NCBI GenBank assembly: GCA_963796055.1
Contig: CAWCKH010000004.1
Coordinates: forward strand, 1,344,001 to 1,408,000
Source: an uncultured delta proteobacterium
GTDB taxonomy: Bacteria; Myxococcota; Myxococcia; Myxococcales; Myxococcaceae
Length of the DNA stretch: 64,000 bases
Direction: 5' to 3'
The translations under genes were made by a program, and so were the position numbers. A model generated the notes under the pieces. It made no database searches and had not been told where the DNA came from. It saw only the letters and a list, made by a program, of their open reading frames with translations. The stretch's first letter is position 1; each line of letters begins with the position of its first letter. Below, piece after piece: positions 33,073 to 45,039 of the stretch.

Positions 33073-34962
33073 ATGCGCGAACCGGTGGTGGGCATCGACC
33101 TCGGGACTTCCACGAGCGCCGTGGCCACGGTGGAGAACGGCAAGCCGCGGGTGCTGCCCAACCGGGGCGGCCGCTCGCTCACCCCCTCCCTGGTGGGCTT
33201 CACTCCCGAGGGGAAGCGGGTGGTAGGGGAGGAGGCCCGGCTGCTCGCGGTCTCGCGGCCTGCGGACGTGGCTGCGGCGACCAAGCGCTTCATCGGAAGG
33301 CGGTGGAGCCCGAAGCTGGTCCACGAGGCGCGCACGCTCGTGCCCTACCCGCTGGTGGAGGGCCCGAGCGGTGAGGTGCGGGCGAAGGTCGCCGGCCGCG
33401 TCCTCCCCCTGACGCAGATCGCGGCGATGGTGCTCGGCGAGCTGAAGCTCGACGCCGAGGCGCACTTCGCCCGGCCGGTCCACAAGTGCGTCATCACCGT
33501 GCCGGCCAACTTCGACGACAACCAGCGCGCGGCGACGAAGCAGGCGGCGCAGATCGCCGGGCTGCACGTGCTGCGCATCGTGAACGAGCCCACCGCGGCG
33601 GCGGTGGCCTACGGGCTGACCTCGAAGTTCGAGGGCAAGGCGCTGGTCTTCGACCTCGGCGGCGGCACGTTCGACGTGTCGATCCTCGAGGTCGAATCGG
33701 GCGTGTTCCAGGTGCAGGCCACCGGCGGTGACCCGGTGCTGGGCGGCGAGGACTTCGACGCAGCGGTGGTGCAGTGGCTCCTGGGGCAGCTGCCGCTCCC
33801 GCAGCGGGAGACGGCAGCGCACGACGTGCTCTCCATGCAGCGGCTCAAGATGGCCGCCGAGCAGGCAAAGCGGGAGCTGTCACAGAGCGACGAGGCGGCC
33901 GTCACCGCCTCCGGGCTGGGCGACCACGGTCCGGGCGGGGCGCTGCTGGACCTGGAGGTGGCGCTCACCCGGGCCGAGTTCGAGCGGCTGTCGGAGCCGC
34001 TGGTCACCCGCTGCCTCGAGGTGACCCGGCAGATGATGGAGGAGGCGAAGGCGACCGCGAAGGACATCCAAATCATCCTCCTGGTCGGGGGGATGACCCG
34101 GGTGCCGCTGGTCCGGAAGCGGGTGGCGGAGCTCTTCGGCAAGGCGCCGGTGGTGGGGGTGAACCCGGACGAGGTGGTGGCGCTCGGGGCGGCGGTGCAC
34201 GCCTCTGAGATCGTCGCCCAGGACGGGGAGACACTGCTCATCGACGTGGCCAGCCATTCGCTGGGGGTGGCGGTCTTCGGCGGCGGGGTCCGGAAGGTGG
34301 TGCGGAAGAACACGGCGATCCCGGTGGTGGCGCGCGAGGTGTTCCTGCCCTCGGCCGGTGGGCAGAACAAGGCGCGCATCGTCATCTATCAGGGCGAGTC
34401 GGACCAGGCCGAGGACAACGTGCGGCTGGGCGAGGTGCTGCTCAGCGATCTCCGCGTCAAGCACCGGGCGGACACGCCGCTGGAGGTGACGTTCGAGCTG
34501 TCCAGCGAGGGGACGGTGAGCGTCCGCTGCATGGACCTCACCTCCGGGCTCTCCGAGGCGCTGCGCATCACCCAGCGGACCGAGCTGTCGGCCGAGGAGG
34601 TGAAGGCGCTGCGCGCCGAGCAGGCCGCCTACCACGCCGATCGGGCGGACCCCGAGACGCAGCAGCTGGCTTCGTTCGAGACCCTGCTCGAGCAGGGCGA
34701 CACGCTCCGGCGCGCGCTCGAGGCGGGGGCCCGGCGGAGCGACGACGAGAAGGAGCGCGCGGCGACGGTGAAGCTGGTGGACGAGCTGCGGGCCCTGGTG
34801 CACCTCGGCCGGACCGCGGCGCTGGCGAAGAACCGCGGCCAGATTGGCGAGGTGACGGTGCGCCTGGGGACCCTGGTCGCCGAGGCCACCGCCGCCCGGC
34901 CCGCGTCGGCGGCTTCACATGGCGCGTCGCAGGTCGCCGGCGAGTCGACCGAGGCCGTCTGA
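33073..34962 (+). CDS. Hsp70 family protein (non-canonical DnaK paralogue)
   Basis: [32 protein letters not shown]; no dnaJ or grpE adjacent. Confidence 0.9.
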   Translation: MREPVVGIDLGTSTSAVATVENGKPRVLPNRGGRSLTPSLVGFTPEGKRVVGEEARLLAVSRPADVAAATKRFIGRRWSPKLVHEARTLVPYPLVEGPSGEVRAKVAGRVLPLTQIAAMVLGELKLDAEAHFARPVHKCVITVPANFDDNQRAATKQAAQIAGLHVLRIVNEPTAAAVAYGLTSKFEGKALVFDLGGGTFDVSILEVESGVFQVQATGGDPVLGGEDFDAAVVQWLLGQLPLPQRETAAHDVLSMQRLKMAAEQAKRELSQSDEAAVTASGLGDHGPGGALLDLEVALTRAEFERLSEPLVTRCLEVTRQMMEEAKATAKDIQIILLVGGMTRVPLVRKRVAELFGKAPVVGVNPDEVVALGAAVHASEIVAQDGETLLIDVASHSLGVAVFGGGVRKVVRKNTAIPVVAREVFLPSAGGQNKARIVIYQGESDQAEDNVRLGEVLLSDLRVKHRADTPLEVTFELSSEGTVSVRCMDLTSGLSEALRITQRTELSAEEVKALRAEQAAYHADRADPETQQLASFETLLEQGDTLRRALEAGARRSDDEKERAATVKLVDELRALVHLGRTAALAKNRGQIGEVTVRLGTLVAEATAARPASAASHGASQVAGESTEAV

Positions 34963-34972
34963 GTCGAACGGA

Positions 34973-36376
34973 TCAGGAACCCGTGGTGCGCGGTGGCGCG
35001 CCCTCGACCGATCCGGTCGCGGCGCTCTCGGGCTCCGCCTCCACCCCCCGCTCCGGACTCTCCAGCAGCTTGTAGAGCGTCTTGCGGTCCACCTCGAGCA
35101 GCCGCGCGGCCTCGCTCTTGTTCCCTCCCACCATCGCCAGCACGTGCTGGGCGTAGCGGCGGTTCAGCTCGGCCAGGGACGGCATGTCCGCAGCCAGGCC
35201 GGCCAGCTTCTTCGGCGCATCGCCGATCGGCGCGGGGAAGTCCGCCGGACCGAGCACCCCGGTGGTGTTCAGCGCCAGCGCCCGGGCCACCACGTTCTCC
35301 AGCTGCCGCACGTTGCCCGGCCAGTCGTAGGCCAGCAGGCGTGACATCGCCTCCTCGGTCACCACCGGGCGCGCCCCGCCCCGGGCGTGGAGGGCGGCGA
35401 AGTGCTCCACCAGCGCCGGGACGTCCTCGCGCCGCTCGCGCAGGGGCGGAAGGTGCAGGTGCACGACGTCGAGACGGTACAGGAGATCCTCCCGGAACTT
35501 CCCCTCGGCCACCCGCTGCTTGAGGTCCTTGTTGGTCGCCGCGACCACCCGGACGTCGACCTTGATCGGCGTGCTCTCGCCCACCCGCCGGATCTCGCCC
35601 TCCTGGAGCGCGCGCAGCAGCTGGCTCTGGATCTTCGGCCCGATGTCACCGATCTCGTCGAGGAACATCGTGCCGCCGGTCGCCTCCTCGAACAGGCCGC
35701 GCCGGGCGCCCGAGGCACCGGTGAACGCGCCCCGGGCGTGCCCGAACAGCTCGCTCTCCATCAGGGACTCGGCGATGGCGCCGCAGTCCACCGCCACGAA
35801 GCGGCCGGCGCTCCGGGGAGAGCGCTGGTGGAGGCTCCGTGCCACCTGCTCCTTCCCGGTTCCAGTCTCCCCGGTGATGAGCACCGGCACGTTGGTCGCC
35901 GCGGCGCGCGCCACCTGCTTGTAGACCTCGAGGATGGCCGCGCTCCGGCCGACCAGCTCCTGTTGCTTCACCCGCGCGCGCAGGCTCTTGTTCTCCTCGA
36001 CCAGCCGCCGCTGCTCGAGCGCCCGCCGCACCACCCGGACGATGGCGTCCACGTCGAACGGCTTGGCCAGGTAGTCGAAGGCGCCCTTCTGGATGGTGTC
36101 CAGCGCCCCCTCGATGTTCCCGAAGGCGGTGAGGACGATGACCGGCGTGTCCGGGTTCCTGGCCAGCGCGGCGCGCAGGACTCGAAGCCCGTCGTCCGGG
36201 TCCGGCATCGCCATGTCGGTGAGAACCACGTCCACCGGGGCGCTCCCCTTGAGCAGCTCCTCGGCGGCGGGGGCGGACGCCGCCTCGGACACCTGCCCCA
36301 GCGGGCCGAGGAGCCGCCGCAGCAATCCCCGCGCGTGCGGGTCGTCGTCGACGACCAGGATCCCGGGCAGGCTCAT
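34973..36376 (-). CDS. sigma54-dependent (NtrC-family) response regulator
   Basis: Receiver; GETGTGKE, GAFTGA, WPGNVRQLEN; Fis HTH. Confidence 0.95.
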   Translation of the reverse strand: MSLPGILVVDDDPHARGLLRRLLGPLGQVSEAASAPAAEELLKGSAPVDVVLTDMAMPDPDDGLRVLRAALARNPDTPVIVLTAFGNIEGALDTIQKGAFDYLAKPFDVDAIVRVVRRALEQRRLVEENKSLRARVKQQELVGRSAAILEVYKQVARAAATNVPVLITGETGTGKEQVARSLHQRSPRSAGRFVAVDCGAIAESLMESELFGHARGAFTGASGARRGLFEEATGGTMFLDEIGDIGPKIQSQLLRALQEGEIRRVGESTPIKVDVRVVAATNKDLKQRVAEGKFREDLLYRLDVVHLHLPPLRERREDVPALVEHFAALHARGGARPVVTEEAMSRLLAYDWPGNVRQLENVVARALALNTTGVLGPADFPAPIGDAPKKLAGLAADMPSLAELNRRYAQHVLAMVGGNKSEAARLLEVDRKTLYKLLESPERGVEAEPESAATGSVEGAPPRTTGS

Positions 36377-37803
36377 CGCACCGACGCCAGCTCACCGGCC
36401 ACGGGCTGCGGGACCCGGGTGGCCGTCCCCGCGTCGGCCATGGGGCGATCGACATGAGGGAACCGCACCGTGGCGGTGGTGCCGCTCCCCGGTACGCTGC
36501 GGATGCGCAGCGACCCGCCGTGCGCATCCACCAGCCGCTTGGTGGTCGCCAGCCCCAGCCCCTGCCCCGGCAGCCGGCGCGCCTCGGGAGCCCGGAAGAA
36601 CGGCTGGTAAACCCGCGCCAGCACCGCCTCGGACATCCCGGGCCCGTTGTCGGTCACCTCGAGCACTGCCTCCGCGCCCTCGCGCCCGGCATAGACGACC
36701 ACCCGCGCACCCGGTCGCCCCGCGGAGTACTTCACCGCGTTGGAGATGAGGTTCTGGGCGATCGACTGCACCAGCTGCGCCGGGACGTCCACGCCCACTT
36801 GCGGCGCGAGCTTCCGCTCGATGACCACGCCGTTGAGCGCCGCCACCTGGTCCTGCTCGAGGAGGATGGCGCTCACCGCGGTGTCCAGCTCGCACGGAGG
36901 CCCCTCGCTGCGCTTGCCGGCGCGGCAGAATCGGAGAAGCGCCTCCACCAGCTCGGCCATCCGGGTGGCGCTGGCCTCGCCTTCGGCGAGCATCTCCTTC
37001 ACGTCCGGGTCGGTGACTGACTCGGATCGGCGGATCAGCGTCAGGTAGCCACGGAGCGGGCTGAGGGGCGAGACCAGGTCGTGCGCCACGCGGCTGGCGA
37101 AGGAGTCCAGCTCGTGGTTGCGCCGGTCGAGCTCCGCCAGCTGTTCCTGGATGGTGTGCTCCTGCCGGCGGAGCACCCGGACCATCGAGGTGCCCACCGC
37201 GACCGCCAGCGCAACGGCCGAGAGCGCAACCAGCGCGCCAACGAAGGTGGTCTTGGTCCGGAGGCTCTCGCGCTGGTGGAGGAGCGCGCGGGTCTCCTGG
37301 GCGTCCTTGTGGGCCAGCTCGCCAGCGAGCGCGTTCAGCTGCTCGGCGATGGGGCGCAGCTCGGCCTCCAGGTGCTGGCGGGCCCGCTCGGCCTCGCGGC
37401 GGTTGCTGAAGCGCAGGGCCACCCGCGCGGACTGGGCGAGCGCGCGGGCGGTCTCGTCGAATCGCTTCCACAGCTCCTTCTCCCCCTCTGGCAGCCCCTG
37501 GGTGTACGCGAGCCGCGCCTCCTTGGCGTCGGCGAGCGTCTCCTCCATGCGCCCGTCGGCCAGCTGTCGCGCGTCGTCGTTGGTGGCCCGGATGTGGTCG
37601 TCGACCGTGTTCTCCAGGACCGCGGCGTCCACGCGGATGCGGGCGATCAGCGCTTCCCGCTCGAGCGCCGCGCCGAACAGCTCGTCGATGCGCGCGTTGG
37701 TCCGCAGCTCGTTCCAGAGCGTGAACGCGGTCACCGCGGCCAGCAGGCCCACGACGAAGAAGAACGCCGCGCGGTAGCGGCGAAACGACAGCGGTCCATT
37801 CAC
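36373..37803 (-). CDS. membrane sensor histidine kinase
   Basis: 2 TM with helical periplasmic domain; AHDL, NAVKY, DNGPG, GLGL. Confidence 0.93.
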   Translation of the reverse strand: MNGPLSFRRYRAAFFFVVGLLAAVTAFTLWNELRTNARIDELFGAALEREALIARIRVDAAVLENTVDDHIRATNDDARQLADGRMEETLADAKEARLAYTQGLPEGEKELWKRFDETARALAQSARVALRFSNRREAERARQHLEAELRPIAEQLNALAGELAHKDAQETRALLHQRESLRTKTTFVGALVALSAVALAVAVGTSMVRVLRRQEHTIQEQLAELDRRNHELDSFASRVAHDLVSPLSPLRGYLTLIRRSESVTDPDVKEMLAEGEASATRMAELVEALLRFCRAGKRSEGPPCELDTAVSAILLEQDQVAALNGVVIERKLAPQVGVDVPAQLVQSIAQNLISNAVKYSAGRPGARVVVYAGREGAEAVLEVTDNGPGMSEAVLARVYQPFFRAPEARRLPGQGLGLATTKRLVDAHGGSLRIRSVPGSGTTATVRFPHVDRPMADAGTATRVPQPVAGELASVR

Positions 37804-37877
37804 GACGGGGGCGGCATCCTCTCATGGCCCCGGGGGCGTCCCGGGCTGTGGTTCCAAGGCGACTGTAACCCGACCGG

Positions 37878-37927
37878 TGGGGAAAAACTCCCCAATCCCC
37901 CACGGGAGGCTGCGGAGTACTTCCCCA
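37878..37927. promoter_or_regulatory. tandem palindromic enhancer sites (putative bEBP UAS)
   Basis: TGGGGA-N5-TCCCCA at 37878 and TGCGGA-N5-TCCCCA at 37911, 33 bp apart. Confidence 0.65.
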
Positions 37928-37969
37928 GTCGAACAGCGCTCTGCCTCCCAGCCATGCCATTGCGCCTTG

Positions 37970-37985
37970 TGGCACGGCAGGTGCT
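37970..37985 (+). promoter_or_regulatory. sigma54 -24/-12 promoter
   Basis: TGGCACG-GCAG-GTGCT. Confidence 0.8.
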
Positions 37986-38029
37986 CTTGCCTCGCCCCCG
38001 CTGTTCCAAACCCTCAAGGAGCACATTCC

Positions 38030-38206
38030 ATGAAGAAGCTGATCGCCGCCCTCGTCCTCGCCACCTCGTTCGCAGCCCTGGCCGATGACGCTGCCAAGAC
38101 CGCTGCCCCGGCGAAGACCGAGAAGAAGAGCGAGAAGAAGACGGAGACCAAGACGGAGACCGCGAAGCCGGCTCCGGCGGCCGAGAAGGCTCCCGAGAAG
38201 AAGTAA
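38030..38206 (+). CDS. small secreted Lys/Ala/Glu-rich protein, paralogue 1 (58 aa)
   Basis: AAGGAG RBS; MKKLIAALVLATSFAALA signal peptide. Confidence 0.85.
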   Translation: MKKLIAALVLATSFAALADDAAKTAAPAKTEKKSEKKTETKTETAKPAPAAEKAPEKK

Positions 38207-38266
38207 GCGCTTTCGCAGCCTTGTTGCACCGGCGGGGTGGGTCTGGCGAAAGCCGGCTCATCCCGC

Positions 38267-38282
38267 TGGCACGTTCAGTGCT
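38267..38282 (+). promoter_or_regulatory. second sigma54 -24/-12 promoter
   Basis: TGGCACG-TTCA-GTGCT. Confidence 0.75.
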
Positions 38283-38346
38283 GTGATTCGGCTCGACGCA
38301 GCATCTCGCTGCCGTCCTGACGTCTCCCGCAGGAGTCTCGACAACC

Positions 38347-38520
38347 ATGAAGAAGCTGATTGCCGCGCTGGTCCTCGCCACCTCGTTCGCCGCTCTCGCC
38401 GACGACGCTGCCAAGATGGACGCCCCCAAGGCCGACAAGAAGCACGCCAAGAAGGCGAAGAAGTCGTCCAAGGAGGCCCCGGCCGCCGAGAAGGCCGCCG
38501 AGCCGGCTCCCGCGAAGTAA
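38347..38520 (+). CDS. small secreted Lys/Ala-rich protein, paralogue 2 (57 aa; absent from the ORF track)
   Basis: AGGAG RBS; first 23 aa identical to paralogue 1. Confidence 0.85.
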   Translation: MKKLIAALVLATSFAALADDAAKMDAPKADKKHAKKAKKSSKEAPAAEKAAEPAPAK

Positions 38521-38599
38521 GCCGTTCGCAGTTCGAAGAAAACGATTGGGGCGTGTTGCACGCGTGAAGCGCGTGCGGCGCGCCCCGTCGCCGTTTCCG

Positions 38600-38902
38600 T
38601 CAGGGCAGGTCGAGGTCGATGGGCCGGCCAACGATGAGGTCGTCATCGACGTCGACCGGTTCCGGCTCACCGTCGGTGGTCGTCTCGTCGAAGCGCACCA
38701 CCCTGTCCGGCTGGAGGTCCGGGGCGCCGTCGGGCTCCTCCTCGAGGTCTGGTGCCGTCCCGAGGTCGTCGTCGTCGACGTCGAAGCGGTCCCCCTCGAC
38801 GTTCTTCGGGTCCAGCTCGGCGTCGCTCATCAGCTGGGCCTCGTGGGTCTGTTCTCCGTCCACCGGGAGGTCTCCCAGGACGTCCTGCGGGGGGGTGGCC
38901 AT
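38600..38902 (-). CDS. highly acidic hypothetical protein
   Basis: ATG 38902; Asp/Glu-rich, 100 aa. Confidence 0.6.
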   Translation of the reverse strand: MATPPQDVLGDLPVDGEQTHEAQLMSDAELDPKNVEGDRFDVDDDDLGTAPDLEEEPDGAPDLQPDRVVRFDETTTDGEPEPVDVDDDLIVGRPIDLDLP

Positions 38903-38943
38903 GGTGCCGCGGAAGGTGGGCCGCGGGCCGTGGCTGGACAAGG

Positions 38944-39552
38944 TCAGCCGGCCAGGGGGCTGGCGGCCGGGAGCGGCGGCCTGGGGTGCACCCAGGCGTC
39001 CACCACCGCGAGCGGCCGGGCCAGCAGCTCCCGCCATACGTAGAGGGCGCGCCACCGCCCTCCGCCCGCCCGCACCCCCACCGCGTCGATCCCCGCCGCG
39101 CGGGCGAGGAACACCGCCCGGGGCAGATGGAACGCCTGGGTGACCAGGACGGCCCGCTGCACGCCGAACACGCCCCGGGCCCGCCAGCAGCTGTCGAAGG
39201 TCGAGACGCCCTCCAGGTCCACCGAGATGGCGCGCTCGGGCACGCCGCCCTTCGTGAGGTACCGGCGCATCGAGCGGATCTCGTCGTGGTACGGGTCGGC
39301 GTTGCCGGTGAGGAGCAACCGCTCCACCCGCCCGTTTCGCCACAGCAACAGGGCCGTCTCCAGCCGTTCCGCGAGGATGGGTGACGGCTCTCCGCCCGGG
39401 GCGAGCCCCGCCCCGAAGACGATGGCCCAGGGCACCGCCGGCGCGGCCTCCGGCGTCACGACGTGGCGCCTGCTGGCCAGCTCGATGTACGTGGTCGGTG
39501 CCGTCGCGGCCGCGAGCAGCAGGACGAATGCGAGAGCCACCGTTCTTCTCAT
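38944..39552 (-). CDS. SanA/YdcF (DUF218) family protein
   Basis: [27 protein letters not shown]. Confidence 0.88.
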   Translation of the reverse strand: MRRTVALAFVLLLAAATAPTTYIELASRRHVVTPEAAPAVPWAIVFGAGLAPGGEPSPILAERLETALLLWRNGRVERLLLTGNADPYHDEIRSMRRYLTKGGVPERAISVDLEGVSTFDSCWRARGVFGVQRAVLVTQAFHLPRAVFLARAAGIDAVGVRAGGGRWRALYVWRELLARPLAVVDAWVHPRPPLPAASPLAG

Positions 39553-39630
39553 GCGGCGCAGGGGCCCCTCCGGAGTGCACGGTGGTTGATTCTGCGGCCA
39601 CCGGGCTGTAAGGGGCCCCCCCGACCTCCC

Positions 39631-41992
<2,362 letters not shown>

Positions 41993-42011
41993 TCGCCCCG
42001 TTCCACCCCGC

Positions 42012-42620
42012 GTGCCCGTGAGGACTGGCCGGTGCGAGACCTCGCTGCTCCTGCTCCTTCAGGCGGTGCTGGCCGCGCGCGCGGCCGCCGAGGAGTCCGC
42101 GCAGAGCCGGTCCCGCGCCTCGTCGAACGCCGAGTACGGGATCGTGATGCGCGAGGAGGGCGAGGGGAAATGCCGGGTGGAGGTGACCCGCGACACCGAC
42201 GTCGCCTGGACGCTGCCCCGCTGCGTGGGCACGGTGGACGACCAGTACTTCGTCAGCAATTCGGGCGAGCGGTTCTGGGTTCTCGCCGCGCTGCCCAGGT
42301 CGCTGCCGCGACCGGCGGGCTCCGCCCCGGTGGGCGAGGCGCAGAAGCGGGCGGCGAGGAAGAAGCCGCCCTTCGACGCCTACGGACCGGTGGTGGTGGC
42401 GGTGCTGTACGATCGACTGGGGAACACCCTCTCCGAGCGGAAGCTCTCCGAGGTCTTGCCAAGGAGCGCGCACCGCAAGCTGCGGCTGCTGGACCGGCGC
42501 TTCGTCTGGCTCGAGGGCGTGCTCGGCGTTCCGGGCAAGGAGCCGCGGGTGAACGACCGGAACCAGGTGGAGTTCGAGACCGTCGAGCCGCGGACCTGGC
42601 GGCTGGACTTCCAGGAGTGA
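42012..42620 (+). CDS. hypothetical exported protein inside the atpD-atpC interval
   Basis: Signal-like hydrophobic stretch, two Cys in the mature part; start uncertain. Confidence 0.65.
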   Translation: MPVRTGRCETSLLLLLQAVLAARAAAEESAQSRSRASSNAEYGIVMREEGEGKCRVEVTRDTDVAWTLPRCVGTVDDQYFVSNSGERFWVLAALPRSLPRPAGSAPVGEAQKRAARKKPPFDAYGPVVVAVLYDRLGNTLSERKLSEVLPRSAHRKLRLLDRRFVWLEGVLGVPGKEPRVNDRNQVEFETVEPRTWRLDFQE

Positions 42621-42627
42621 GTACCCG

Positions 42628-43038
42628 ATGGCCAAGCTGAACGTCGACATCGTCACCCCCGAGCGGAGGCTGATCTCCACGCACGCCGACGAGGTGGTGG
42701 CGCCCGCGGCCGAGGGCCTCTACGGCGTCCGGCCCGGACACAGCCCCTTCCTCTCCAGCCTGTCGCCGGGCCCGCTGACCGTGCGCGACGGAAGCAACAC
42801 CCAGGCCTGGTTCGTCGCCGGGGGCTTCGTCGAGGTGCAGAACGACACGGTGCTGGTCCTGGCGGACCACGCCGAGCCTGCCGCCTCGATCGATCTCGAG
42901 GGGGCCACCACCGCGCTGCGCGAGGCGGAGCAGCGGCTGGCCGCCCTGGGTCCCGGCGATCCGAAGACTGCGGCCGAGACCGCCCGCGTGCAGCGCGAGC
43001 GCGCCCGGGTGGCGGCGGCGCGTGCCGGCGGACGCTGA
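42628..43038 (+). CDS. atpC: F1 ATP synthase epsilon subunit
   Basis: IVTPER, GVRPGH, GGFVEV, VLAD. Confidence 0.93.
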   Translation: MAKLNVDIVTPERRLISTHADEVVAPAAEGLYGVRPGHSPFLSSLSPGPLTVRDGSNTQAWFVAGGFVEVQNDTVLVLADHAEPAASIDLEGATTALREAEQRLAALGPGDPKTAAETARVQRERARVAAARAGGR

Positions 43039-43288
43039 CCTCCCGCCTCTCGAGCTGTTCCACCGGCTCGAGGAGCCCCGCTCGGCGAGGGTCCGGCGGT
43101 GGGTGGTGGACCACGGCCTGCTCGAGGCCGTGCGGTTCCGGAACGTCGTCTTCCCGGAGGCGGCCGCCGACTTCGCCGGCCACGGGGGAAGCGAGACGCC
43201 CGCGCTCTGGGACGGGCAGCGACTCTTCACCGGCGCCGAGCTGGTCATTGCCCGGCTGCAGGCGGTGCTCGACATCGGTCGGTCGTGA
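43022..43288 (+). CDS. small glutaredoxin-fold-like protein lacking CxxC
   Basis: ELFH..EPRSARVR..TPALWDG pattern; overlaps the atpC end. Confidence 0.5.
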   Translation: MPADADLPPLELFHRLEEPRSARVRRWVVDHGLLEAVRFRNVVFPEAAADFAGHGGSETPALWDGQRLFTGAELVIARLQAVLDIGRS

Positions 43289-43408
43289 GCCGACCCGTGG
43301 GCTCGTCGGCGGTATGACCCGTGGCGGCCGGGGCTCGGGTTCCTCGTAGCACCGCCGGCGGTTGCCTCTGTCGCGGGGCGAACGTGGCCCGGGCGCTCCC
43401 GGAGGGCG

Positions 43409-43663
43409 ATGCACCTCGTGCCGGGTGACCCCATCTTCGCCGGCTGGGCGCCCGGAGGCGCCTTCGCACCGTGGCGCCTCGCCGAGCGACGGGTGGAGGT
43501 CTTCCGCCGGGCCTGGGAGAACCCGGACCGGCCCGCGACCCGGGCGGAGGACGTCCCGCGGCCCCTGGGCATCCTGCTCGGTCTGCTGAAGGTCGCGGTG
43601 CTCGCCGGCGGCGCCCAGCTCGTCTGGCGCACGGCGCAACGGGCTTTTCCCGCCGGGTCCTGA
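43409..43663 (+). CDS. hypothetical protein or gene fragment
   Basis: Short ORF with C-terminal hydrophobic segment; the frame extends upstream without a start codon. Confidence 0.3.
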   Translation: MHLVPGDPIFAGWAPGGAFAPWRLAERRVEVFRRAWENPDRPATRAEDVPRPLGILLGLLKVAVLAGGAQLVWRTAQRAFPAGS

Positions 43664-43669
43664 GGTGGG

Positions 43670-44137
43670 TCAGCGCTCCGTCCCTGGCGGGCGCGTCGAG
43701 GACAGCGCCCGGAGCTGCCAGCCGTGCGGGCCGCGCTCCCAGGTCTCGAGCCAGGCGAAAACGCTGCGCTCGACCGAGCCGTCGGCCACGCTTCGGGTGA
43801 CGACCTCCTTCCGGACGGCGACGGACCCCCAGCTTCCGTCGGCGGAGATCCACACCCGCGGGGGCTCGAGGTCGTCCCAGCGGTCGAACGTCACGCGCGC
43901 GAAGTAGCGGGCGAAGTGCTCCCGCTGCTCGGCCACGCTCAGGGTGTGGATCTCCCCCGAGTCGACGAGCACGAAGCCCTCGGAGGTGAGCGCCGCGATG
44001 CCGTCGGCGTCGCGGGCGAGGTGCGTCTGCCGCTCCAGCGCATGGGCGGCGAGCAATGACCGTCGCGCGTCGTCCGGACCCTGGGCCGCCGGAACGCTGG
44101 CGCAGCCCAGGAGCAACAGGAGTCCGAACATCCGCAT
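43670..44137 (-). CDS. NTF2/SnoaL-like lipoprotein
   Basis: LLGC lipobox; DADGIAAL..EGFV..WLETWER..GW. Confidence 0.65.
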   Translation of the reverse strand: MRMFGLLLLLGCASVPAAQGPDDARRSLLAAHALERQTHLARDADGIAALTSEGFVLVDSGEIHTLSVAEQREHFARYFARVTFDRWDDLEPPRVWISADGSWGSVAVRKEVVTRSVADGSVERSVFAWLETWERGPHGWQLRALSSTRPPGTER

Positions 44138-44203
44138 CGCAGCAGCGATGCTGCCCGAGCACAGCGGGTACCGTCCTTCCGCCTGCTGCACGTGACGACC
44201 GGC

Positions 44204-44854
44204 TCACTGACTGGGCGGACGGACTCCCAGCTGTCGGGCGAGCAGGGCGAGTTGCGTCCGGTTGTCCTGCCGCAGCTTCCGGTAGAGGCTCGAGACGTGG
44301 GCCTTCACCGTGCGCTCGGTGATCTGCAGGCTCGCCGCGATGTCCCCGTTGTCGGCGCCGGCGGCGACCCAGGCCAGGACCTGCCGCTCGCGTGCCGAGA
44401 GTGGCCGGAGCTGCTCGTGCTCGCGCGCCCGGGTGGCCTGGAAGACCGTGCTCAGCATGTGCGCCGAGACCGCGCGCTCGCCCCGGGCCAGCAGCTCGAG
44501 GGTGTGGAGCACGTCGTCGCAGCCGCTGGTGCGCGCGTCGAGATAGGCGGCCGCGCCGGCGCCGATGCAGCGGTCGAGCGCCCCCGGGCCGTCCCCCAGG
44601 GCCAGGACTTGAAGATTGGGGTGGAACTGACGGGCCTCGGCGAGCGCGCCCACCCCGTCGTCGTCATCGACGTCCACGCAGGCGATCTGGGGCTGCTCCT
44701 GCGCCAGCGCGGAGAGGAAGGAGTCGACGCGGGTGTGCCGGCCCACGACGACGTAGCCCGAGTCCTCGAGCACCCGGGACAGTGCATCGCCCCGCAGCAG
44801 CTGGCCATCGAGGAGCGAGACCCGTACCCCGCTCGCCCCCTGTTCCGTCGTCAC
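44204..44854 (-). CDS. LuxR/NarL-family regulator with atypical receiver
   Basis: LSARERQVL..NGDIA..TVKAHVSSLYRKL; GGAGG RBS before the GTG. Confidence 0.85.
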   Translation of the reverse strand: MTTEQGASGVRVSLLDGQLLRGDALSRVLEDSGYVVVGRHTRVDSFLSALAQEQPQIACVDVDDDDGVGALAEARQFHPNLQVLALGDGPGALDRCIGAGAAAYLDARTSGCDDVLHTLELLARGERAVSAHMLSTVFQATRAREHEQLRPLSARERQVLAWVAAGADNGDIAASLQITERTVKAHVSSLYRKLRQDNRTQLALLARQLGVRPPSQ

Positions 44855-45039
44855 CGCTGTCCTCCGGACCCATCGGAAGCGCCACCGGGTCGCCGGGTCA
44901 GAAGTCAGCACGGTCGCCGGAAGGTCAACCGCTGGTCGGGGCCGGGTGTCCGGAGTCCGTCAGCCCAAGCAGGCAGGCAACCGACCGAAGTCGGAGGTGA
45001 AACCACATGGGGGTGGTGCGGTACTGAACAAAACAAACC

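Noticed and set aside
33073..34962. Canonical dnaK
   Set aside because: Divergent motifs and substrate-binding domain; no grpE or dnaJ; left as Hsp70 family
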